A stretch of DNA of 21,336 bases. It comes from Candidatus Sumerlaeia bacterium. GTDB taxonomy: Bacteria; Sumerlaeota; Sumerlaeia; SLMS01; JANRJK01. The notes beneath the pieces are model-generated. The model made no database searches, had not been told where the DNA came from, and saw only the letters and a list, made by a program, of their open reading frames with translations. The stretch spans positions 1-21,336 of the forward strand of contig JANRJK010000010.1 in NCBI GenBank assembly GCA_033764015.1, given 5' to 3'. Every line of letters begins with the position of its first letter. Positions within the stretch are counted from its first letter, which is position 1. This document shows positions 1-8,092 of the stretch, piece after piece. Position numbers and translations under genes: made by a program.

Positions 1-72
<72 letters not shown>

Positions 73-211
73 CCAAAGTCCTCCACTCTTCGAGAAAAAT
101 CTACAAGCCACAGCAACAAGGCCCGAGTGAGACGCGCGCACGGGGGTTGGCATCGCTCCAACGCGAACAGATCATTTCGCGCGGAAGCGGCGCGAAGCCT
201 AACGCGCTGCC

Positions 212-1489
212 TTACGGGGTTTCAAGGCCGAGCAGCTCCTCGGCGCTCTGGCGTCGGCGGATCCTGCGGATCGTCTCGCCGTCGACGAGCACCTCGGCGG
301 CGAGGGGGCGCGAGTTGTAGCCGCTCGCCATGGAGCTGGCGTAGGCGCCGCAGTCGAGCACCGCGAGCAGGTCGCCGGGATTGGGGAGCGGCATGGTGCG
401 CGCCGCGCCGAGTGTGTCGCCGGTTTCGCAGACGGGCCCCACGACGTCGAAGGTGCGCAGCCCGCGGCCGCGCGCGGGGCGGACCGGGACGATTTCATGC
501 CATGCGCCGTAGAGCGCCGGGCGGAGCAGTTCGGTCATGGCGGCGTCGGCGACCACGAAGCATCGCTCTCCGCGGTCCTTGACGTATTCGACGGCGGTGA
601 GCAGGACGCCGCAGGGCCCGACGAGGTAGCGGCCCGGTTCGATCATGAGGCGGAGCTTGTGCCGCCGGGCGAAGCCGATGCCCGGGGAGAGGAGCGGCTT
701 CGGGTCCGTGGCGGGTTCCTCGAGTCGGTACGGGATGGCGACGCCGCCGCCGAGGTTGAACCACTGCAGCTTGTGGGGGCGCATCTCCTCGGAGAGCAGG
801 ACCGGTTCGAGGCGCTGGAGCGCGCGGGCGAACTCGTCGCCGCGGCGGAGCATCGACCCGAGGTGGATGTGGAGTCCTTCGAGGCGCACCCAGGGGTCGC
901 CGGCGAGCGCGGCGGCGGCTTGGCGCGCCTCCCCCGGCGTCAGGCCGAACTTGGCGCCCGCGTGCCCGGTGGCGATCTTCTCGTGCGTGTCGGCGGCGAC
1001 GTCGGGGTTCACGCGGAGGGCGACGGTGGCGGTGATGCGGGAGCCGCGGGCGAACGCGCGGAGCCGGTCGAGCTCGCCCAGGGACTCGATGTTGACGAGG
1101 CGCACGCGGGCTTCGAGGGCGGCCTGCAGCTCGGCGGCGGACTTCCCGGCGCCGGAGAAGACGATGCGCGCGCCCTCGACACCGAGCCGCCGCAGCCGAG
1201 CGAGTTCTCCGCCGGAGACGATGTCGAAGGAGAGCCCCTCGTCGGCGAAGACCTTGAGGACGCCGAGGGAGGAGCACGCCTTGACGCTGAAGGCGGGCTG
1301 GTCGCCGGGCGCGAGGAGCGCCTTCAGTCTGCGCGCGCGGGCGCGGAGCGCGGCGGCGCTGTAGACGTAGCACGGCGTGCCGGCGTCGCGCGCGATGGCC
1401 TCGAGGGAGTGGCCGTCCATCGCGAGGGCGCCGTCCGCGCCGTAGGCGAGCGGGCGCTCGCCGAAGGGGTTCTGCGCGCTACTCGCCAA
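212..1489 (-). CDS. lysA: Diaminopimelate decarboxylase
   Basis: TPCYVYS, PLP-lysine motif FSVKACS, DIVSGGEL, HIHLGS, EPGRY, LRPALYGAWH, GPVCETGD, GAY...YNSRP. TTG start preceded by GGAG; overlaps the stop of the upstream gene. Confidence 0.95.
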   Translation of the reverse strand: MASSAQNPFGERPLAYGADGALAMDGHSLEAIARDAGTPCYVYSAAALRARARRLKALLAPGDQPAFSVKACSSLGVLKVFADEGLSFDIVSGGELARLRRLGVEGARIVFSGAGKSAAELQAALEARVRLVNIESLGELDRLRAFARGSRITATVALRVNPDVAADTHEKIATGHAGAKFGLTPGEARQAAAALAGDPWVRLEGLHIHLGSMLRRGDEFARALQRLEPVLLSEEMRPHKLQWFNLGGGVAIPYRLEEPATDPKPLLSPGIGFARRHKLRLMIEPGRYLVGPCGVLLTAVEYVKDRGERCFVVADAAMTELLRPALYGAWHEIVPVRPARGRGLRTFDVVGPVCETGDTLGAARTMPLPNPGDLLAVLDCGAYASSMASGYNSRPLAAEVLVDGETIRRIRRRQSAEELLGLETP

Positions 1490-1838
1490 CGATCTCCCCC
1501 GACTGGAGCCGGTCCCAGACCGCGACCGCGCGGCGGAGGTGGGGGATGACGATGGAGCCGCCGACGATGAGGCCGACGTTCATCGCCTCCCAGAATTGCG
1601 GCTCGTCCATGCCGAGCTTGTGGCAGCGTCGGACGTGGTAGGCGATGCAATCGTCGCAGCGCAGGACCGTGGAGGCGGCGAGTCCCATGAGCTCCTTGGT
1701 GAACTCGTCGAGCGCCCCCGGGGTGTATGCGGCGCCGTCGAGGGCGAAGAAGCGCTTCACCTGGAGGTTGCCGCGGTCGAGGATGCGCTTGTTCATCTCG
1801 GCGCGGAACTCGGCCCACTCGTCGTGCTGCGTGCCCAT
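1479..1838 (-). CDS. Carboxymuconolactone decarboxylase/AhpD-family protein (119 aa)
   Basis: [28 protein letters not shown] (CxxC..H) and [13 protein letters not shown]. Start moved to ATG 1838 (AGAGG upstream); the extra N-terminal part of the 313-aa ORF is antisense noise. Confidence 0.9.
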   Translation of the reverse strand: MGTQHDEWAEFRAEMNKRILDRGNLQVKRFFALDGAAYTPGALDEFTKELMGLAASTVLRCDDCIAYHVRRCHKLGMDEPQFWEAMNVGLIVGGSIVIPHLRRAVAVWDRLQSGEIVGE

Positions 1839-1982
1839 GGAGCGTTGCCTCTTTCGGGATTCGGCGGCGAATCGGCCGCCGGGCCACAAGGGCTCTCGCG
1901 GCGGGGCGCCGGGCGGCAATGCGATTCGGGGCGCGGGGTGCGCTTGAGTCCGCCGGCGGGCTGCCGCAGGGTGGCGGACACG

Positions 1983-2507
1983 ATGCGCGAGTTCTTCCGA
2001 ATTGTCTTCCTTTGCGTGGCCGCGGCGGTCGGCTACGGGGTCGCGCACGACCAGGTGTCCGTGCTGATCGCGCCCGAGTACCTGGTGGATTGGCACCCAA
2101 GGCTGTTCGGCCTCCGGCAGCCGCAGCTGGTGGCGCTGGCGTGGGGAGTCGTCGCGACGTGGTGGGTCGGGGCCGGAGCGGGGATCGCGCTGGCGGTGTC
2201 CTCGCGGGCCGGCTCGTGGCCGAAGCTCGGGGCCGCGGACCTGAGGGGCGGTGTGGCGGCGACGGTGGCGGCGACGGCGGCCTCCGCGCTCGCGGGGGGA
2301 CTGCTCGGCTACGCGGTGCACGGGTCCATCGATCCGGGGTTCCTTCGCGGCTACGTGTCCCCCGAGGAGCGGATGCCGAGGCTGGCACCCGTGGCCTTCT
2401 CGCATTTCTTCGCATACCAAGGGGCGTTTCTGGCGGGGCTGGTTCTATGCGCCGCCACGTTGGCGAGGAGGCGCCGCCGCGCGCGCGCGGCGCTCCAATC
2501 CCCTTGA
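1983..2507 (+). CDS. Hypothetical membrane protein (about 4 TM, 174 aa)
   Basis: [33 protein letters not shown]...[10 protein letters not shown], with several hydrophobic segments and a basic C-terminus; divergent from the CMD gene. Confidence 0.75.
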   Translation: MREFFRIVFLCVAAAVGYGVAHDQVSVLIAPEYLVDWHPRLFGLRQPQLVALAWGVVATWWVGAGAGIALAVSSRAGSWPKLGAADLRGGVAATVAATAASALAGGLLGYAVHGSIDPGFLRGYVSPEERMPRLAPVAFSHFFAYQGAFLAGLVLCAATLARRRRRARAALQSP

Positions 2508-2542
2508 CGGCGGCGCGCGCGCCGCAAGCCTATGACGCTGTG

Positions 2543-3598
2543 ATGGCCGAACCGCCCGCGAAATCGCCCCACCTAGACGGGCGCCCCGCCGACCCCGACC
2601 GACAAGACGACCTGGTGCTGCGCCCGCGCGAGCTTGGCGACTTCGTTGGCCAGTCCGCGATCGTCGAGAACCTGCGCACCTTCGTCACCGCCGCCCGCGA
2701 GCGGGCGGAGGCGCTCGACCATGTGCTGCTCTATGGGCCCCCGGGGCTCGGCAAGACGACGCTCGCGGCGATCATCGCGCGCGAGATGGGCTCGAACCTG
2801 CGCGCTACCAGCGGGCCGGTGATCGAGCGCAAGGACGACCTGGCGGCGATCCTGACGGACCTGAAGCGCGGCGACGTCCTCTTCATCGACGAGATCCACC
2901 GGCTGAACCGGATCGTGGAGGAGTGCCTGTACCCCGCGCTCGAGGACCGGAAGATCGACATCATGATCGGCGAGGGCCCGCACGCGAAGTCGATCAAGCT
3001 GGACATCGAGCCGTTCACGCTGGTCGGCGCGACGACGCGCGCGGGGATGGTGACGGGGCCGCTGCGCACGCGCTTCGGCATGACGTTCCGGCTGAACTAC
3101 TACTCGCTGGAGGAGATGTCCGCGATCGTGGAGCGGAGCGCGCGGCTGCTCGGCGCGCGGATCGACCCGGAAGGCGTGCGCGTGGTGGCGGGGCGCTCGC
3201 GCGGGACGCCGCGCATCGCGAACCGGCTGCTGCGCCGCGTGCGCGACATCGCGCAGGTGCGCCGCGCGCCGGGGATCGACGCGGAGATCGCGGAGCAGGC
3301 GATGGCGATCCTCGATGTGGACGGCGCGGGCCTCGACGCGCAGGACCGCGCGTTCCTGGCGGCGCTGCTGGACAAGTTCGGCGGCGGACCGGTGGGGCTG
3401 AACACGCTGGCGGTGGCGCTTTCGGAGGACGAGGACACGCTGCTCGACATGGTGGAGCCGTACCTCATCCAGCTCGGCTTCCTGGTGAGGACTCCGCGCG
3501 GGCGGCAGGCGCTGCCGGCGGCGTACGCGCACCTCGGACGCCCAGCGCCCCGCGAGGCCGCGATCTCCCGCGTCGAAGCCGACCTCTTCGACAACTGA
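2543..3598 (+). CDS. ruvB: Holliday junction branch-migration ATPase RuvB
   Basis: LRPxxLxDFVGQ, Walker [10 protein letters not shown], Walker [36 protein letters not shown]...RTPRGR. Start set at ATG 2543. Confidence 0.97.
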   Translation: MAEPPAKSPHLDGRPADPDRQDDLVLRPRELGDFVGQSAIVENLRTFVTAARERAEALDHVLLYGPPGLGKTTLAAIIAREMGSNLRATSGPVIERKDDLAAILTDLKRGDVLFIDEIHRLNRIVEECLYPALEDRKIDIMIGEGPHAKSIKLDIEPFTLVGATTRAGMVTGPLRTRFGMTFRLNYYSLEEMSAIVERSARLLGARIDPEGVRVVAGRSRGTPRIANRLLRRVRDIAQVRRAPGIDAEIAEQAMAILDVDGAGLDAQDRAFLAALLDKFGGGPVGLNTLAVALSEDEDTLLDMVEPYLIQLGFLVRTPRGRQALPAAYAHLGRPAPREAAISRVEADLFDN

Positions 3599-3643
3599 CT
3601 CCCCATCCCACCGCCCATCGGCGCGGAGAAGAATCCAAGCACC

Positions 3644-3733
3644 ATGCCCGAACCAGCCCCTAGTACCACCGCCGCCCGCTTCGACGGACGGCGAGAGACG
3701 TTCGAATGCCGCCTGCGGGAGGTCCGACTGTGA
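3644..3733 (+). CDS. Possible 29-aa leader peptide/uORF MPEPAPSTTAARFDGRRETFECRLREVRL
   Basis: ATG 3644 to TGA 3731-3733; the stop overlaps the GTG start of the CorB gene (GTGA). Its own SD-like GGAG is far upstream, so translation is uncertain. Confidence 0.25.
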   Translation: MPEPAPSTTAARFDGRRETFECRLREVRL

Positions 3734-4830
3734 CCGCGATCCTGCTGGTTGTCGGCATCGCCTCCCTTGTCAGCTTCCTGTGTTCGCTCTGGGAGGCGGC
3801 GCTCTGCTCGATCCCGGTGAGCCGCATCGAGACCATGAAGGAGCGGGGCGTCGCGGGGGCGGCGCTGCTGTCGAAGCTCCGTGCCAAGATCGACGAACCG
3901 ATCAGTGCGATCCTCGCATTCAACACTATCGCCCACACGGTCGGAGCCTCGGTCGCCGGCGCGCTGGTGGAGCAGAAGTACGGCGGCGATTCCGCGTGGG
4001 CCCTCGCCATTTTCTCGGCGCTCTTCACGATGCACATCCTGGTCGCGACAGAGATCATTCCTAAGACCGTCGGCGTTGTTTTCGCGGACCGGGTGGCGCC
4101 CGCGAGCGCGCCGTGGATCAAGGCGCTGATTTTCGCGGTTTGGCCCTTCGTGAAGCTCTCGGAATGGATCACCTCGGGGATCCTGAAGGCCTCGGCGAAG
4201 CAGGCGAGCGGCCCGACGGAGGCGGATCTGCTGGCGATGGCGCGCATTGGCGCGGAGCAGGGCACGCTGAGCGCCGCGGAGGCCAAGTGGGCCACCAACG
4301 CGCTGCTGCTCGACAAGGTCGAGGTGCGGGAGCTGATGACGCCGCGCACCGTGGTGTACCTGCTGCCGGAGAACATGCCGCTGAACGCGGTGAAGCTGCA
4401 CGCGTCGCACTGGACGCACAGCCGGCTGCCGGTGTGCGAATCGAGCAACCCGGACGCGATCGTCGGGGTGATCTACCGCCGCGAGGTGTTCGACCAGCTC
4501 CTGATGAAGACGCGCGAGGAGACGGAGCAGGTCCGGCTGCGCGACCTGATGCACGCGCCCGCGTTCGTGGCGGAGAGCACGACCGGCGACAAGCTGCTGG
4601 AGCGGGCGCTGAAGGAGCGCGAGCAGTTCTTCGTGGTGGTCAACGAGTACGGCTCGATGGAGGGCATCATCACGCTGGAGGACCTGCTCGAGTTCCTCCT
4701 CGGCGAGGAGATCGTCGACCCGCACGACAAGCACGTGGATATGCGGGAGCACGCCCGGCGCGTCGCGGCCGAGCGCCGCAAGCGCATCGAACGGCGTCCG
4801 CCGGGCTCCACCGGGCAGGAAGCGACCTGA
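3730..4830 (+). CDS. CNNM/CorB-family (DUF21 + CBS pair) divalent-cation transporter, often annotated hemolysin family
   Basis: SFLCSLWEAALCS, ILAFNTIAHTVGA, EIIPKT, VRELMTPR, HSRLPV, VVNEYGSMEGIITLEDLLEFLLGEEIVD. GTG 3730 is preceded by GGAGGT; no C-terminal CorC domain. Confidence 0.9.
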   Translation: MTAILLVVGIASLVSFLCSLWEAALCSIPVSRIETMKERGVAGAALLSKLRAKIDEPISAILAFNTIAHTVGASVAGALVEQKYGGDSAWALAIFSALFTMHILVATEIIPKTVGVVFADRVAPASAPWIKALIFAVWPFVKLSEWITSGILKASAKQASGPTEADLLAMARIGAEQGTLSAAEAKWATNALLLDKVEVRELMTPRTVVYLLPENMPLNAVKLHASHWTHSRLPVCESSNPDAIVGVIYRREVFDQLLMKTREETEQVRLRDLMHAPAFVAESTTGDKLLERALKEREQFFVVVNEYGSMEGIITLEDLLEFLLGEEIVDPHDKHVDMREHARRVAAERRKRIERRPPGSTGQEAT

Positions 4831-4995
4831 GCGGAGGACCGTCCGCCCGGAGCCCCCGACCCCCCACCGGTGCAAGCTGTAAGAAGGGCCGCGCGGGAGG
4901 CCGAATAATCTCCTTGCATCGGGTCCGACACCGTCGTTAGCCGGTGCCTCGCGCTCGCGCCGGACTCCCGCGCGCCGCCACACGGAGACAGCAGC

Positions 4996-5571
4996 ATGGC
5001 CCCCCGATTTTCGGATGAAGACGACGACCTCGGATTCGAGGAAGAGGAAAGCCTCGAAGACGACAGCCTCGAACTCGAGGACGAGGAAGAGGAGTACTTC
5101 GACGACGGCGAGGACGACGACGACTCCTTCGCGGAGGATGCGAGCGACTTCGCCGACGCGGCGAGCGTCGCCGAGGAAGCGGAGGAGATGATCGACGCGG
5201 GCGAGTACCGCCGCGCCATCGCGCTCCTGCAGCGCGCCGTCGAGGAGTTCCCCGAGGAGGCGGAGCTCCACTACTTGCTCGGCCTCGCGGGCCTCGAGAT
5301 GTTCCGCGACGACATCGCCGACAACGAGGAATGGACCGCGGACGAGGACATGGTCGAGACCTACGAGTCCGCCGTCACTTCGCTCGACGAGGCGGTGCAG
5401 CTCAAGCCGGACCACGCGAACGCGCTCAACGGCCTCGCGATCCTGTACATGATGCGCAACAACCTGGACGCGGCGATCAAGTGCTGGGAGAAGTCCTTGG
5501 AGATCGACGAGGACCAGGAGGACATCATCAAGGAGCTGGAGGAAGCGCGCCGGTTGCTCGACGCGGAGTGA
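4996..5571 (+). CDS. TPR-repeat protein with a very acidic N-terminal tail
   Basis: TPR-like helices (AELHYLLGLA, ANALNGLAILY...AAIKCWEKSLEID); 28 of residues 7-48 are D/E; GGAG SD; host-like codon usage. Confidence 0.88.
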   Translation: MAPRFSDEDDDLGFEEEESLEDDSLELEDEEEEYFDDGEDDDDSFAEDASDFADAASVAEEAEEMIDAGEYRRAIALLQRAVEEFPEEAELHYLLGLAGLEMFRDDIADNEEWTADEDMVETYESAVTSLDEAVQLKPDHANALNGLAILYMMRNNLDAAIKCWEKSLEIDEDQEDIIKELEEARRLLDAE

Positions 5572-5594
5572 CGCGCGGCATAGGCGCGGCGCAC

Positions 5595-5933
5595 ATGGAG
5601 GCGAAGGAAGCGGATCGCGGCGGGCCGCTCCCCGGTGGGGAGCGGCCCGTCTGTTTCTGCTTCCACGTGGGGCTGGCGAAGCTGGCGGCGCACATCCGCC
5701 GCCGGCGCCCGCGCCACGCCGCGCAGCTCGCGGAGTGCCACGGCGCCGGCACCGGCTGCGGCTGGTGCCGCCCGCGCCTCGCGTCGATCCTTGAACAGCT
5801 CGCCCGCGACCCCGCCGCCGAGCCGGTCCTACCCGGCGACCAGGCCGCGGACTCCGCGGCGCGCGACGCCCACCGCCGCCGCGCCGAAAGCCAAGTCGGT
5901 CCCGCGGAGCCGCTCGCCGATGCCCTCGACTGA
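5595..5933 (+). CDS. BFD-like (2Fe-2S)-binding protein (112 aa)
   Basis: VCFCFHV...ECHGAGTGCGWCRP matches the CxC...GxxCGxC pattern. Start set at ATG 5595. Confidence 0.85.
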   Translation: MEAKEADRGGPLPGGERPVCFCFHVGLAKLAAHIRRRRPRHAAQLAECHGAGTGCGWCRPRLASILEQLARDPAAEPVLPGDQAADSAARDAHRRRAESQVGPAEPLADALD

Positions 5934-7656
5934 TCGCGTGTGGCGCCTCTCCTTCCACGGCGCGGAGCTGCGCGGATTCGAGGAGCTCCTCTCCCCGGCG
6001 GAGCGCACCCCCGCGCCGGACGCCGCCGCCGCGCACGCGGTCGCGGACCGGTGGGGGGCCGAGGGGCTGGCGGACGCCTTCCCCGCGCTCGGCGCCGCGC
6101 GCTTCTGGTGGACCGCGCGCTTCGCGCTGCACGCTGCGCTGCTCGGCATGCTCGGTCCGGCGGCGGTGCTGCGCCGCGCGAGCGAGGCAGGCGGGCCGCC
6201 CGCGCGGATCGTGCTCGAAACGCCGCCGCCGCACGGCTGGTGGCTTCCGCTGCTGCGGGGGGCGGCGCCGGACGCGCGCATCGAGACGCCCGCCCCGCCC
6301 GCCGCTCCCGGTGCGCGCGCGGAGCAGCTCCGCTGGTGGGCGCTCCGGCTGCGGCGCGCCGTGGCGACGGAGCGCCGCATCGCCCGCCTGCCGGCTCCAG
6401 ACCCGCGGCGCCCCCGCGTGCTACTGCTGAGCCGCGACCGCCTCTGGAACGGCGAGCGCGACGAGGAGACGCACAGCGTCGAGCGCGCGCTCCGGGACGC
6501 CGGCTGCGATGTGCTGTTGATGTCGACCTCGCTGCACCGCTTCGACGCCGGCGAGCGCGCGTTCCGCACGCGCCCGGAAACGCACTTGTTCGCCGACGCG
6601 CTGCTGCCGCGGCACCTGCTGCGGCGCGGGCTGCCGAAGGCGCCGCCGTTCACCGCCCCCGGGCGGTTCGAGGCGGAGGGCGTCGACTGGGCGGCGATCG
6701 TCGCGCCGCTTTGCGCGGGATGGCTGCGCGACTGGCACCCGCAGCAGCGCGTGGCGCTCGACGCGTTCCCGCCGCTGCTCCGGCGGCTAGGGGTGCGCGC
6801 GGCGGTGCTCACGGACGAGAACGGCGGCAGCCAAGCGCTCAAGATGGGACTGCTCGCGGGGGGAATCCCGGTGGTCGCGCTGCAGCACGGCATCATCCAC
6901 GCCGACCACTTGCACTACGCATTCCCGCGCGGGACCGCGCCGGAGGAGGTGCCGCTGCCCACGCTGACCTGCGTGTACGGCGCGCACGAGGAGCGGCTGC
7001 TGGTGGACGGGAGCATCTACCCGGCCGCATCGGTGGCCCCGGTGGGGCAGCCGCAGACGGACGCACTGTGCGGGCTACCGCGTTGGCGCGCGCGCTCGGA
7101 GCGCGGCGAGGCGCGGCGGCGCGCGCTGCTGCCGGCGGGTTGCGACACCTTGCTGCTCTACACGTCGCAGGGGCTCTACCGCGACAGCGTGGTGCCGATG
7201 CTGCTGCGCGCGGTGGCCGCGGCTCCGGCCAGCTATGCGCTGCTGGTGCGCCCGCACCCGTCCGAGGCGGGCGGCTTCTGGGAGCGGGCGCTCGCCGCGC
7301 ATGGCCTCGCGGAGCGCGCCCGCGTGGATGCGTCCGGAGGCATCGCGGAGGCGCTCGACGCCTGCGACGTCCACCTCTCGATTTCCTCCACCGTGCTGTC
7401 GGAAGCGGTGCTGCACGGGCGCCCGAACATCGTCGCTGGCGCGTCGCAGGCGGGGGACCCGCACGGGATCCTCGGGCGCGGGGTGGCGACGGTGCTCGGG
7501 GAGGGCGATTCGCTGGAGCGCCTGGTTGCGGAGTGGCTCGCGAAGCCCGCCGATGAGGTCGCCGCCGCGCGCGAGGCGTTCATCCGCGAGCGCTACGGCC
7601 CCGTGGACGGGCAGGTGGGCCGCCGCGTGGCGGAGCGCGTGCTGGCGCTGCTTTGA
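5920..7656 (+). CDS. GT-B-fold surface-polysaccharide biosynthesis protein (TagF/CDP-glycerol phosphotransferase or capsule-polymerase-like)
   Basis: ALQHG, VGQPxxD, LYTSQ, VRPHPSE, ALDACDVHLSISSTVLSEAVLHGRP, DGQVGRRVAE. ATG 5920 overlaps the BFD gene end. Confidence 0.7.
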   Translation: MPSTDRVWRLSFHGAELRGFEELLSPAERTPAPDAAAAHAVADRWGAEGLADAFPALGAARFWWTARFALHAALLGMLGPAAVLRRASEAGGPPARIVLETPPPHGWWLPLLRGAAPDARIETPAPPAAPGARAEQLRWWALRLRRAVATERRIARLPAPDPRRPRVLLLSRDRLWNGERDEETHSVERALRDAGCDVLLMSTSLHRFDAGERAFRTRPETHLFADALLPRHLLRRGLPKAPPFTAPGRFEAEGVDWAAIVAPLCAGWLRDWHPQQRVALDAFPPLLRRLGVRAAVLTDENGGSQALKMGLLAGGIPVVALQHGIIHADHLHYAFPRGTAPEEVPLPTLTCVYGAHEERLLVDGSIYPAASVAPVGQPQTDALCGLPRWRARSERGEARRRALLPAGCDTLLLYTSQGLYRDSVVPMLLRAVAAAPASYALLVRPHPSEAGGFWERALAAHGLAERARVDASGGIAEALDACDVHLSISSTVLSEAVLHGRPNIVAGASQAGDPHGILGRGVATVLGEGDSLERLVAEWLAKPADEVAAAREAFIRERYGPVDGQVGRRVAERVLALL

Positions 7657-7662
7657 GACCTG

Positions 7663-7690
7663 TTGCCGTGCGGGCGGGCGGCGCTACGCT
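7663..7690 (+). promoter_or_regulatory. Putative sigma70-type promoter for a leaderless crcB mRNA
   Basis: TTGCCG (7663-7668), 16-nt spacer, TACGCT (7685-7690), then 6 nt to ATG 7697; no SD sequence. Confidence 0.55.
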
Positions 7691-7696
7691 TAGCGC

Positions 7697-8092
7697 ATGA
7701 ACACGAAGGCGATCCTCCTGCACCTTGCCGCGCTGGGCCTAGCGGGCGCCCTCGGGACGTGGGCGCGCTACGGCGCGACGCTGCTGACGCAGCGCGTCCT
7801 CGGCGAGTCGTTCCCCTACGGCACCTTCCTGGTCAACGTGGCTGGCGCGTTCCTGTTCGGCTTCGTTTGGATGCTGCTCGGCTCGCGCGGAGCAATGTCG
7901 CTCGAGCTGCGCTTCTACATCCTGACCGGCTTCATGGGGGCGTTCACGACGTTCTCGACGCTGATGTTCGAGTCGTCGGAGTTGATGCGCGAGGACCGCG
8001 TGGCGGCGTTCGCGGCGTACCTCGGCGGCCAGATGGTGCTGGGCGCGCTCGCCGTGGCGGCGGGGATCGCGGCGGGCCGGGCCGTTGGCTGA
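7697..8092 (+). CDS. crcB: Fluoride efflux channel Fluc/CrcB
   Basis: GALGTWARY, FPYGTFLVNVAGAFLFG, TGFMGAFTTFST; 131 aa with 4 TM segments. Confidence 0.95.
   Translation: MNTKAILLHLAALGLAGALGTWARYGATLLTQRVLGESFPYGTFLVNVAGAFLFGFVWMLLGSRGAMSLELRFYILTGFMGAFTTFSTLMFESSELMREDRVAAFAAYLGGQMVLGALAVAAGIAAGRAVG

Noticed and set aside
2504..2542. Sigma70 promoter for ruvB (TTGACG ... TATGAC)
   Set aside because: The spacer is 21 nt and the -10 lacks the final T; no convincing alternative -10 at 17 nt.
4890..4974. Long-range stem CGCGCGGGAG/CTCCCGCGCG as a structured ncRNA
   Set aside because: A 10-bp GC-rich complement is plausible by chance at this composition; no known RNA family features and no covariation data.
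3100..6234. 1044-aa minus-strand ORF and other long overlapping ORFs (e.g. 11464-13152, 16354-18330, 15203-16498)
   Set aside because: Antisense or alternate-frame shadows of well-supported genes; Arg/Ala/Pro-rich with no motifs, as expected at high GC.
7657..7696. Fluoride riboswitch upstream of crcB
   Set aside because: Gap too short and no GGCGATGG-type conserved core.
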